Positions 25,401 to 37,497 of a stretch of DNA of 64,000 bases are shown here, in pieces. Made by a program: the position numbers and the translations under genes. Below the pieces are notes generated by a model. The model made no database searches and was not told where the DNA came from. It worked only from the letters and a program-made list of their open reading frames with translations. The DNA lies in NCBI GenBank assembly GCA_024679065.1, contig JAGIQG010000016.1:14942001-15006000 (forward strand), written 5' to 3'. This stretch comes from Sphyrna mokarran. Its lineage: Eukaryota. How positions within the stretch are numbered: position 1 is the stretch's first letter; every line of letters starts with the position of its first letter.

Positions 25401-25756
25401 CAACAAACACTAACTGTGCAGAGTCTGTCACTGACTGCGCTGAAACTGACACTGTCTGTGCTGAACCTGGCACTGTCTGTACAGGAACTGACATCGTCTT
25501 GTAGCCAAACGGCCCATCTAAAATGGTGTTTTGTAAAGCACTTGGGACAATTGGGCAAGAAATTAAACCGACAGACTGCAGTTTAAAGACAGAGACAAAC
25601 AGGCTGCAACCCTGATGAGTGAATAAACAGGGTACTGGTCATCTCCAGGGTGAAGGAGACTTTCTGGTCACCCTGGGTTGTGTTCCAGACATAGGGGCAC
25701 TGTGAATCCTTATTTAGAAGGAAGGTATGTGATCTATGTGCCTCCAAACCTACAGA

Positions 25757-26484
25757 CATGGCCGACATCATCACACGTGAGAATACCATCCACCAGGTAC
25801 ACGGTACATACTCTTGCAATTCGGCCAATGCTGTCTACCTAATATGTTGCAAGAAAGGATGTCCCGAAGCATGGTACATTGGAGAGACCATGCAGACACT
25901 ACAACAGCAGATGAATGAACATCGCTTGACAATTACCAGGCAAAACTGTTCCATTCCTGTTGGCGAACACTTCAGCGGTCACGGGCATTCGGCCTCTGAT
26001 CTTCGGGTAAATGTTCTTCAAGGTGGCCTTCACGACACATGACAGCGCAGAGTTGCTGAGCAGAGACTGATAGCCAAGTTCTGCACATGAGGACGGTCTC
26101 AACAGGGATCTTGGCTTCATGTCACACTATCTGTAACCCCCATGACTTGCCTGGGTTAGCAAAAAAACTCACCTACTGTGCTGTCTGGAGACAATACACA
26201 TCTCTCTAACCTGTGCTCAGTGCTCCTTCCACTCACATTGTTAGCCACTTTAAGACTTGAATAACTGATTAGGTGTAAAGATTCGCATTCTAATCAGTAA
26301 TCTGTAAACTGTCTGTGCTGTTATATGTGCTGTCTGAAACCAGAACACCTCATTCACCTGATGAAGAGCAGAGCCTCGAAAGCTTGTGTGAGCTTACTAT
26401 CAATTAAATCGGTTGGATTTAAACCTGGTGTTGTCAGACATCTTACTGTGTTTACCTCAGTCCAACGCCAGCATCTCTACATCA
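25757..26484 (+). mobile_element. Penelope-like element 3' part (GIY-YIG endonuclease C-terminus plus pLTR/UTR) nested in the TIR element
   Basis: YSCNSANAVYLICCKKGCPEAWYIGETMQTLQQQMNEHR...VGEHFS is a PLE GIY-YIG pattern; UTR is homologous to 41785-42140 and 45285-45512. Confidence 0.92.
26355..26388 (+). ncRNA. Minimal type I hammerhead ribozyme motif (PLE-associated)
   Basis: CAC-CUGAUGA-a-GAG..CUC-GAAA-GC-UU-GUG: both conserved core boxes, stem I CAC/GUG and palindromic AAGCUU stem III. Confidence 0.75.
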
Positions 26485-26883
26485 TGGCTAGGGACATACC
26501 CAGAGATCGGTGTGGTAGCACCTGATTGGACTCTTATTGATCACGGTGAACAAGTCCTGATCGATTGATTGGCAATGGCCAAAAAGGGGCGTGAAACCAA
26601 ACGGGGTATAAAGAGTGCTGCACAACCAGGAATCTCTCTCTCTCTCTGACCTCACAAACAAGTTACAACAATGGTGAACATCGCCAGCAAGAGGACAGCC
26701 ACCACACCCAAGAAGGAAGGAAGAAAGACCACAACCAGAATGCCAGGCCAGACCAAAGGCATTCTATGCAAATGACTACCAAGACCAGTGCAGAGATAAA
26801 GGCCAATATCTGCTTGAGTACTTGCCAGTAAGAGTCTGGCAACACCAATATTAAATCCAACCAATTTATTTGATAGTAAATCT

Positions 26884-26916
26884 GCTAGCTTTCAGCATTT
26901 GTAGCCTTTGTCAGGC
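26884..26916 (-). ncRNA. Degenerate hammerhead motif in an older Penelope 3'-end remnant (about 26815-26935)
   Basis: Minus strand GC-CUGACAA-AGGC...GCU-GAAA-GCUA-GC, followed by AATAAA and a ttggatttaa..tggtgttg motif like the other PLE ends; core mutated. Confidence 0.55.
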
Positions 26917-28293
26917 GAATGAGATGTTCTGGTCTCCGATGTACTTGCCAGTCATGCAAAGTTAAGTCAAGGTCTTGTATTGGACTCAAATTCTAATACT
27001 TTCTGTAATTCAACTTATTGTTAGTCGGATGGGTGATTATTGATTGTGTGGGTTTAAATAAATATTGATTGTACTAATAGGACGTCTACTTGTAGTTATT
27101 TATCCACTGTATAAGGGTTAAAACTGAGCGGCAGGCAACAGTGGCGCCCAATGAGTGCTTTACAAAACACCATTTTAGATGGCTCATTTGGCTACAACAC
27201 TGTCTGTGCAGAAACTGACACTTTGTGCAGAAAGTGATAATATCTGTGTAGAAAGTGACACATCTGTGCTGAAACTTACAATAACTGTGCAGAAACTGAT
27301 GCTGACTGTACAGAGACAGATATTGACTGTACTGAAAGTGACATATCTGTGCTGAAAATGACATTGACTGTACTGAAACTGACTGTATTGAAAGTGACAT
27401 GGTCTGTGCTGCAACTGACATTGTCTGTGCAGAAACAAACACTGTCTGTGCTGAATCTGCCAAAGTGTGTGCAGAAACTGATACTGTCCGTGCAGGAACT
27501 GATATTGTCTGTGCAGAAACTGACACTGTTTATGCAGAAATCGACACTGTGCAGAAATCAAAATTCTCTGTATAGAAATTGACACTGTCTGAGTAGGAAC
27601 TGACACAATCTGCAGAAACTGACAGTGACTGTGGAGAAACTGGTACTGTCCTGGAACTGACATTTTGCACAATCTGACACTGTCTGTGCAGGAAATGACA
27701 CAGAATGTGCAGAAACAGAAATTGTCTATGCTGAAACTGATACTGTCTGTGCACTGACAGTAACTGACACTATGCTGAAACTGACACTGACTGTACTGAA
27801 ACTGACACTGACTGTGCAGAGACTGACACTGACTGTACTGAAACTGATACTGTCTGTGCAGGAACTGACACTGCCTGTGCAGGCATTGACACAGACTGTG
27901 CTGAATCATGCACTGTCTGTGCAGAACCTAACAGTGTCTGTACACAAACTGACAATGTCTGTGCAGGAACTGACACTAACTGTGCAGGAACTAACATTGT
28001 CTCTGCAGGAATTGACATTGTCCGTGTAGAAACTGACATACACTGTGTTGAATCTGGTACTGTCTATGCAGAATGTAACACTGTCTGTACACAAACTGAC
28101 ACTGTCTATGCAGAAACTGACACTGACGGTGCAAGAATTGACAGTGTCTGTGCATAAACTGACACTGTCTATACACAAACTGACACTGTCCATGCAAAAA
28201 CTGACACTAACTGTGTAGGAATTGACACTGCCTGCTCAAGAACTGACATGGTCTGTACAGACACTGACACTCTCTGCATCCTCTCCACTCTCT

Positions 28294-29332
28294 GAGCTGG
28301 CCTTTAATGTTGCAGTTGTACAAAACATTGGTTAGACCTCATTTAGAATACTGCGTCCAGTTCTGGTCGCCCTAGTACTGGAAGGACGTGGAGACTCTGG
28401 AGAGTGCAGAGGAGGTTTACCAGGATGCTGCCTGGTATGGAAGGTCTGAGTTACAAGGAGAGGTTAGGCAAATTGGGACTGTTTTCTTTAGAAAGACGTG
28501 GACTTAGAGGAGATCTAATAGAGGTGTTCAAGATTATGAGTAGTATAGATAGAGTAAACAGGGTTAAGCTTTTTCCTAGGATGGACTGGAATAGCACGAG
28601 GGGTCACGGGCTTAGGGTGAGGGGGGTAAGGTATAATTTGGATGCTAGAGGGAGTTTTTTCACACAGAGGATGGTGGGGGTATGGAATGCGCTGCCAAGT
28701 AAAGTGGTGGAGGCAGGTACTCTGGAGTTATTTAAGAAATACTTAGATGGGCACATGAACAGAATGGGAATGGAGGGGTATAGAAAACTGATTTAAAATA
28801 GGGATCATGAGCCTTGGGAGTCCCTGGGAAGTGTGTAAATAGATGATGATATTAATGTACTTGTTTTTATCCTACAGGTGCTTTGGTCCACCTTGTTGTC
28901 TAACGAGGGGCATACACGCGATGGGTCGTGAGAGGGCTGCTCTTGGATTTTTTTCGAGAGTATCCTAGTGCTTCACGTCGTTAGTGTACGCTTGACCTGG
29001 ACCATTTGATGGGCAACACGACAGCTCAGTGACTATCGCTGTGCTGTGCAGATACATAGATTTGGGCCTGTGTCTGTGGGAGTTTGCGCATTCTCCCCGT
29101 GCTTGCGTGGGTTTTCTCCGGGTGCTCCGGTTTCCTCCCACATCCCAAAGATGTGCTCTTAGGCTAATTGGCAAAACAAATTCTCCCTAAATTGTCTCAA
29201 ATTTGGTTTTTAATCCATAGATCTATAAACATGGACAGGGATCGCAGGTAGAGGTGGAAACATCGGGGTGGCGGCGCGGGCTCGTTGGGCCAAAGGGCCT
29301 GTTTCCCGTGCTGTTTTGTTCTTTGTTCTTTG
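28294..29332 (+). mobile_element. 5'-truncated CR1 of the same family as 19159-20758, inserted in the satellite
   Basis: ORF QRRFTRMLPGMEGLSYKERLGKLGLFSLERR..FFTQRMVGVWNALP, stop at 28796, shared 3' UTR and TGTTCTT tail. Confidence 0.95.
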
Positions 29333-32300
29333 AACCAGGCATGGCCTGTGCAGAAGCTGACACTGCCTGTGCAGAACCTGACACTATACAGGAACTAACA
29401 CTGTCTGTACAGGAACTAATACTGTGCAGAAACTGACACTGTCTATGCAGAAACAAATTGTTTATGCAGAAACTGACACTGTGCACAAACTGACACTGTG
29501 CTGAAACTGACACTGTTTATGCTGAATCTGACGCCAACTATGCAGGAATTGATACTGTGCAGGACCTGAACTGACACTGTCTGTGCAGGAACTGACACTG
29601 TCTGTGCAGGAACTGACACTGTCTGTGCAGGAACTGACACTGTCTGTGCAGGAACTGACACTGTCTGTGCAGGAACTGACACTGTCTGTGCAGGAACTGA
29701 CACTGTCTGTGCAGGAACTGACAGTGTCTGTGCAGGAACTGACAGTGTCTGTGCTGAAACTGACAGTGTCTGTGCTGAAACTGACAGTGTCTGTGCTGAA
29801 ACTGACAGTGTCTGTGCTGAAACTGACACTGACTGCAGAGACAGACACTAACTGTACTGAAACTGACACTGACACTGACAGTACTGCGACTGACACTGAC
29901 AGTACTGCGACTGACACTGACAGTACTGCGACTGACACTGACAGTACTGCGACTGACACTGACAGTACTGCGACTGACACTGTCTATGCAGAAATGGACA
30001 CTGTCTATGCTGAATCTGGCACAGTTTGTGCAAGAACTGACACTATCTGTGCAGAAACTGGCACTGAGTAGGAACTGACACAATCTGCAGAAACTGAGAG
30101 TGAGTTTGGAGAAATTGATACTGTCCTGAAACTGACACTTTGCAGAATCTGACACTGTCTGTGGAAGGACTAACACTGTACAGAAACTGACTGAATGTGC
30201 AGAAACAGAAATTGTCTGTGCAGAAACTGACACTGTGCTGAAACTGACACTGACTGTGCAGCAACTGAGAGTGTGTGCAGAACCTGACACCCTCTATGCA
30301 GACACTGACATTGTCAGTTTCTGCATAGACACTGACAGTGTTGAAACTAATACTGCCTCTACTGAAACTGACACTGACTGTGCAGGAACTGACACTGACT
30401 GTGCAGGAACTGACACTGACTGTGCAGAAACTGACACTGACTGTGCAGAAACTGACACTGACTGTGCAGAAACTGACACTGACTGTGCAGAAACTGACAC
30501 TGACTGTGCAGAAACTGACACTGACTGTGCAGAAACTGACACAGGCTGTGCTGAATCTAACACTGTCTGTGCAGGGACTAATACTGTGCAGGAATTGACA
30601 CTGTCGGTGCAGGAATTGGCATGGTCTGTGCAGAAACAGACACAGACTGTCCTGAACCTGGCATTGTCTGTGCAGAACATGACACTGACTGTGCACAAAC
30701 TGACACTGTCTGTGCAGGAATTGGCATGGTCTGTGCAGAAATGGACACAGACTGTCCTAAACCTGGCACTGTCTGTGCAGAACCTGACACCGTCTGTGCA
30801 CAAACTGACACCGTCTGTGCGCAAACTGACACTATCTGGGCAGGAACTAATACTAACTGTGCAGGAATTGACACTGCCTACGCAAGAACTGACATGGTTT
30901 GTGCAGAAACTGGCACTGTCTGTGCCAAAACGAATACTGTCTATGCATAAACAGACATGTGCAGCAGCGGACACTGTCTATGCAGAAATGGACACTGTGC
31001 AGAAACTGACACTGTGCTGAAACAGACACTATGCATTAACTGACACTGCCGGGACAGACACTGATTCTGCTGAAATTGACATTGTGCACAAAGTGCCATT
31101 GTGCAGAAACCAACATATGTCTGTGCAGAAACGTACACCGTCTGTGCAGAAATCAAAATTCTGTGTAAAGAAATTGACAGTGTCTGTGCAGAATTGGACA
31201 CTGCAGAAATCAAAATTTCCTGTACAAAAATTAACATTGTCTGTTTCTGCTCAGACAATCTACAGAAACTGACAGTGACTGTGGAGAAAGTGACTCTGTC
31301 AGTGCAGAAACTGACACTGTGCAGGGACTGACACTAACTCTGCTGAAACTGACACTGTCCGTGCAGAAACTAGTACTGACTCTGCAGAAACTGACACTGT
31401 TTGTGCAGAATCTGATACAGTCTGTGCAGAAACTGACACTATCTACGCTGAAACTGACACCGTCTGTGCAGGAATTGACATGGTCCGTGCAGAAACTGAC
31501 ACAAATGTTGCTGAACCTGGCACTGACAATGCTGATCCTAACACTAGCTGTGCAAAAATTGACACTGTCTGTACAGGAAATGATTCTTTCTATGCAGGAA
31601 CTGAACTGTCTATGCAGAAATGGACACTGCAGAAATCAAAATTCCCTGTACAGAAATTAACGTTGTGTGAGTTTCTGCTCAGACAATCTTCAGAAACTGA
31701 CAGTGACTGTGGAGAAACTGACTCTGTCAGTGGAGAAACTGACACTGTGCAGGGACTGACACTGTCTGTGCAGGGACTGATACTAACTCCGCTGGAACTG
31801 ACATTGTCCGTGCAGAGTCTGACACTGTCTGTGCAGAGTCTGACACTGTGCAGAAACTGGCACTGTCTGTGCAGAAACTGGCACTGTCTGTGCAGAAACT
31901 GGCACTGTCTGTGCAGAAACTGGCACTGTCTGTGCAGAAACTGGCACTGTCTGTGCAGAAACTGGCACCGTCCCTGCAGAAACTGACGCCGTCCCTGCTG
32001 AAACTGACGCCGTCCCTGCTGAAACTGACGCCGTCCCTGCTGAAACTGACGCCGTCCCTGCTGAAACTGACGCCGTTTGTGCTGAAACTGACGCTGTTTG
32101 TGCTGAAACTGACGCTGTTTGTGCTGAAACTGACGCTGTGCTGAAACTGACACTGTGCTGAAACTGACACTGTTTGTGCTGAAACTGACACTGTCTGTAC
32201 ATGAAATTACGCTTTCTGTGCAGGACTGGATACCGTCTGTGCAGGATCTGCCACTCTCTGTGCAAACACTGACCTGTCTGTGCAGAAACTGACACTGCCT

Positions 32301-35300
32301 GAGCTGAAACTGACACTATCTGTGCAGAAACTGGCACTGTCTGTGCAGAAACTGGCACTGTCTGTGCAGAAACTGGCACTGTCTGTGCAGAAACTGGCAC
32401 TGTCTGTGCAGAAACTGGCGCCGTCCCTGCTGAAACTGACGCCGTCCCTGCTGAAACTGACGCCGTCCCTGCTGAAACTGACGCCGTCCCTGCTGAAACT
32501 GACGCCGTTTGTGCTGAAACTGATGCTGTTTGTGCTGAAACTGACGCTGTTTGTGCTGAAACTGACGCTGTGCTGAAACTGACACTGTGCTGAAACTGAC
32601 ACTGTTTGTGCTGAAACTGACACTGTCTGTACATGAAATTACGCTTTCTGTGCAGGACTGGATACCGTCTGTGCAGGATCTGCCACTCTCTGTGCAAACA
32701 CTGACCTGTCTGTGCAGAAACTGGCACTGTCTGTGCAGAAACTGGCACTGTCTGTGCAGAAACTGGCACTGTCTGTGCAGAAACTGGCACTGTCTGTGCA
32801 GAAACTGGCACTGTCTGTGCAGAAACTGGCACTGTCTGTGCAGAAACTGGCACTATCTGTGCAGAAACTGGCACTGTCCGTGCAGAAACTGGCACCGTCC
32901 GTGCTGAAACTGACACCGTCCGTGCTGAAACTGACACCGTCCGTGCTGAAACTGACACCGTCCGTGCTGAAACTGACACCGTCTGTGCTGAAACTGACAC
33001 CGTCTGTGCTGAAACTGACACCGTTTGTGCTGAAACTGACACCGTTTGTGCTGAAACTGACACTGTTTGTGCTGAAACTGACACTGTGCTGAAACTGACA
33101 CTGTTTGTGCTGAAACTGACACTGTTTGTGCTGAAACTGACACTGTCTGTACATGAAATTACGCTTTCTGTGCAGGACTGGATACCGTCTGTGCAGGATC
33201 TGCCACTCTCTGTGCAAACACTGACCTGTCTGTGCAGAAACTGACACTGCCTGAGCTGAAACTGACACTGACTGTGCAGAAACTGACACTGACTGTGCAG
33301 AAACTGACACTGACTATGCTGAAACTGACACTGACTGTACTTAAATGGACACTGTGTGTGCAGAAACTGACACTGACTGTGCAGGAACTGACACTGACTG
33401 TGCTCAACTGACATTGGCAGAGATTGACACTGTGCAGAAACTAACAAGGTCTACACAAAAACTAACACTGTCTGTGCAGAAAGTGACATTCACAGTGCTG
33501 AAACTGACATTGATTGTGCAGAAACAGACAGTGTCTGTGCAGAAACTGACACTGTGCGGAAACAGACACTGTCTGTGCTGAAACTTTCACTAACTGTGCA
33601 GAAACTGACATTGACTGTACTGAAACTGACACGGCCTGTGCAGAAACTGATACTGTGCAGAAATGGAAACTGTCTATTCAGAAACTGACACTGTCTGTGC
33701 TGAAACTGACACTGTTCAGGAACTGAAACTGTCTGTGCAAAAACTGACATTATTTTGTGCAGACACTGACATTGACTGTGCTGGAACTGACACTGACTAT
33801 GCAGAAACTGACGCTGACTGTGCAGGAATTGACACTGACTTACTGAAACTGACACTGTACTGAAACTGACAATGTATATGCTGAAACTGACTCTGACTGT
33901 GCTGAAACTTACAGTGACTGTGCTCAATTGATGCTGTCTGTGCAGAAGCTGACACTGATAGTGCTGAAACTGACACTGACTGTGCAGAAACCGACACTGA
34001 TTGTGCTGAAATTGACAATGACTGTGTTCAAACAGACACTGTCTGTGCAGAAATTGACATTGACTGTGCTGAAACTGACGCTGATTGTGCTCAATTGACA
34101 CTGGCTGTGCACAGATTGACACATTGCGCAGAAACAAACAAGGTATGCACAGAAACTGACACTGAACAGGAAGTGACAGTGCTGAAACTGACATTGACTG
34201 TGCAGCAACTGACACTGTGCAGAAACTGACACTGTGCAGAAACAGACACTGACTGTACTGAAACTTACACTAACTGTGCAAAAACTAACAATGACTGTGC
34301 AGAGACTGACACTGATTGTACTGAAACTAACATGGTCTGTGCTGAAACTGACACCGTCTGTACAGGAAATGACACTTGCTGTGTGGGACCAGACACACAC
34401 TGTGCAGAAACTGACATTGATTGTGATGAAACTGACAGAGCCTCTATCGAAACTGACACTCTATGTACTGAAACATATACTGCCTCTGCAGAACAGACAC
34501 TGTGCAGGAACTGACATTGACTGTACTGAAACTGACACTGACTGTACTGAAACTGACACTGACTGTGCAGAAGCTGACATTGTCTGTGCAGGAATTAACA
34601 AGGTATGCACAGAAACTGACACTGGCAGTGTTAAAACTGACACTGGCAGTGTTAAAACTGACACTGACAGTGTAGAAACTGACACTGACAGTGTAGAAAC
34701 TGACACTGACAGTGTAGAAACTGACACTGACAGTGTAGAAACTGACACTGACTGTGTAGAAACTGACACTGACTGTGTAGAAACTGACACTGTACTGAAA
34801 CTGATACTGATTGTGCTTAAATAGATGCCTACTGTGCAGAAACTGAAATTGACTGTGCTCAACTGACCCTGTGCAGAGATTGTGCAGAAACTAACAAAGT
34901 ATACACAGAAACTGACACTGTCTGTGCAGAAACTGAATTGACTATGCAGAAACTGAGACTGAGCAAAAACGGACACTGTCTGTGCTGAAACCGACACTGT
35001 CTGTGCTGAAACCGACACTGTCTGTGCTGAAACTGAAATTGTCTGCTGCAACTGACACTGTGCAAGAACTGATACTGACTCTGCTGAAACTGACACTGTG
35101 CAGAAACTGACACTGCCTATGCAGTAACTGACAAGGTATGTGCAGAAATTGACACCATGCATGAACTGACACTGTCTGTGCAGACACTGACACTGACTGG
35201 AGGAAACTAACACTACGTGTGCAGCAACTGACACTGTGATGAAACTGACGTTGACTCTGCAGAGACTGACAATGACTACTGAAACTGACACTGTCTGTGC

Positions 35301-37497
35301 AGGAACTAATAGTGTCTCTGCAGGAACTGACACTGTGCTGAAACTGACACTGTGCAGAAATTGACACAGCCTGTGCAAGAATTGGCATGGTCTGTGCAGA
35401 AACAGACACAGACTCTGCTGAACCTGGTGCTGTCCTTGCAGAACCAGACACTGTCTGTGCACAAACTGACACTGTCTTCGCAGAAACTGACACTATCTGT
35501 GCAGGAACAGACATAGTCTGTGCAGAAACTGATACTGTCTGCACTAAACCTGGCACAGTTTGTACAGAAACTGATACTATCTGTGCAGGAACTGATACTG
35601 TGCAAAAACTGACATAATCTGTGCTGAAACTGGCACTGACAGTGAGAAATTGAAACTGTCTGTGCAGAAATTGACACTATGCTGAAACTGACAGCACCTG
35701 CGCAGAAACTGACACTGTGTATGAACTGACACTGCCTTTGCAGAGACTGATACTCTGTGTAGAAATTGACACTGACTATGCTGAACTTGACACTGTGCAA
35801 AACTGACACTGTCTATGCATGAATTGACTGTGTCGGTGCAGAAACTGACACAGTCGGTGCAGAAACTGACACAGTCGGTGCAGAAACTGACACTATGCAG
35901 AAACAGACACTGTCTGTGCAGAAATCGAAATTCTGTGTACAGAAATTGACATTGCAGAAACTACCCTATCTGCTGAAACTGACAGTGTCTGTGCTGAAAC
36001 TGACAGTGTCTGTGCTGAAACTGACAGTGTCTGTGCTGGACCTCACGCTCTCTGCGCTGGACCTCACGCTCTCTGCGCTGGACCTCACGCTCTCTGCGCT
36101 GGACCTCACGCTCTCTGCGCTGGACCTCACGCTCTCTGCGCTGGACCTCACGCTCTCTGCGCTGGACCTCACGCTCTCTGCGCAGACACTCACGCTCTCT
36201 GCGCAGACACTCACGCTCTCTGCGCAGACACTCACGCTCTCTGCGCAGACACACTCTCTGCGCAGACACTCACACTCTCTGTGCAGAAACTGACACTCTC
36301 TGTGCAGAAACTGACACAGTTTGTGCTGACACTGACTGTGCTGAAACTAACAATGCTTGTATTGAAACTGACACTGATTGTACCAAAACTTACACTGTCT
36401 GTGCAGGAACTTACACTGATGGTGCAGACACTGACTGTGCTGAAACTGACACTGTCTGGGCAGAAATTGACAGTGCTGAAACAGATACTGTTTGTGCAGA
36501 AACTGATACTGACTATGCTGGAACTGACACTAACTGTGCAGGACTTGATACTGTCTGTGTAGGAACTGACATAGTCTGTGCAGAAACTGACACTGTCTGC
36601 ACTAAACCTGGCACAGTTTGTGCAGAAACGGACACTATTTCTGCAGGAACTGAATTGTCTGTGCAAGAACTGATACTGTCTGGGCAGGATCTGATGCTGA
36701 CTATGCAGAAACAGAACACAGTGCAGAAATCGAAATTCTCTGTATTAAAATTGACCCTGTGCAGAAACTGACACTGTCTGCAGAAATTGACAGTGTCTGT
36801 GCAGGATCTGGCACTGTGCTGAAACTATCATGGAGAAACTGACAGTGTGCAGGGACTGACAGTATCTCTGCAGAAACGGACACTATCTGTGCAAAAATTG
36901 AATACCTCTGTACAGAAATTGACACCGTGCAGAAACTGACCCTATCTGCAGAAATTGGCAGTGTCTGTGCAGGAACTGGCACTGTGCTGAAACTGACACT
37001 TTGCAGAAACTGACACTGTCTGTATACGGACTGACATTGTGCAGAAACTGACACTATCTGTGCAGGAATCGACACTATCTCTGCTGAAATTGATATTGTC
37101 TGTGCTGAAACTGACACTGTGCAGAAACTACATGGTTTGTGCTGACACTGACTGTGCTGGAACTGACATTGATTGTACTAAAACTGACACTGTCTGTGCA
37201 GAAATTGACACTGACAGTGCTGAAATTGACACTGACTGTGCAGACACTGACAGTGCTGAAACTGACACTGTCTGGGCAAAAACTGAGTGCTGAAACTGAC
37301 ACTGTCTGGGCAAAAACTGAGTGCTGAAACTGACACTGTACAGGAACTGACACTGTCTGTGCAGGAACTCACACTGTCTGTACAGGAACTCACACTGTGC
37401 AGAAACTGACACTGTCCGTGCAGAAACTGACACTGTCTGTGCTGAAACCAACACTGACTATACTGAAACAGACATTACCTGTGCTGAAACTGACACT

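Larger units (their letters stand above)
25500..27196. mobile_element. Non-autonomous element bounded by 43-bp terminal inverted repeats (TGTAGCCAAA...TTTGGCTACA)
   Basis: 25500-25542 versus the reverse complement of 27154-27196 matches at 40/43; satellite continues on both sides. Confidence 0.85.
22913..37497 (+). repeat. About 14.6-kb minisatellite: 21-bp unit GTGCAGAAACTGACACTGTCT with 17-bp variants GTGCAGAAACTGACACT; interrupted at 25500-27196 and 28294-29332; remnant at 39960-40135
   Basis: Direct periodicity; produces the (VQKLTLS)n/(CAETDTV)n pseudo-ORFs. Confidence 0.98.

Noticed and set aside
22913-37497. Long ORFs up to 554 aa ((VQKLTLS)n, (CQFLHRQ)n, (CTDSVSF)n) resembling antifreeze or Cys-rich repeat proteins
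   Set aside because: A 21-bp stop-free unit opens several frames on both strands; 17-bp variants shift frame at random; no start, splice or domain context.
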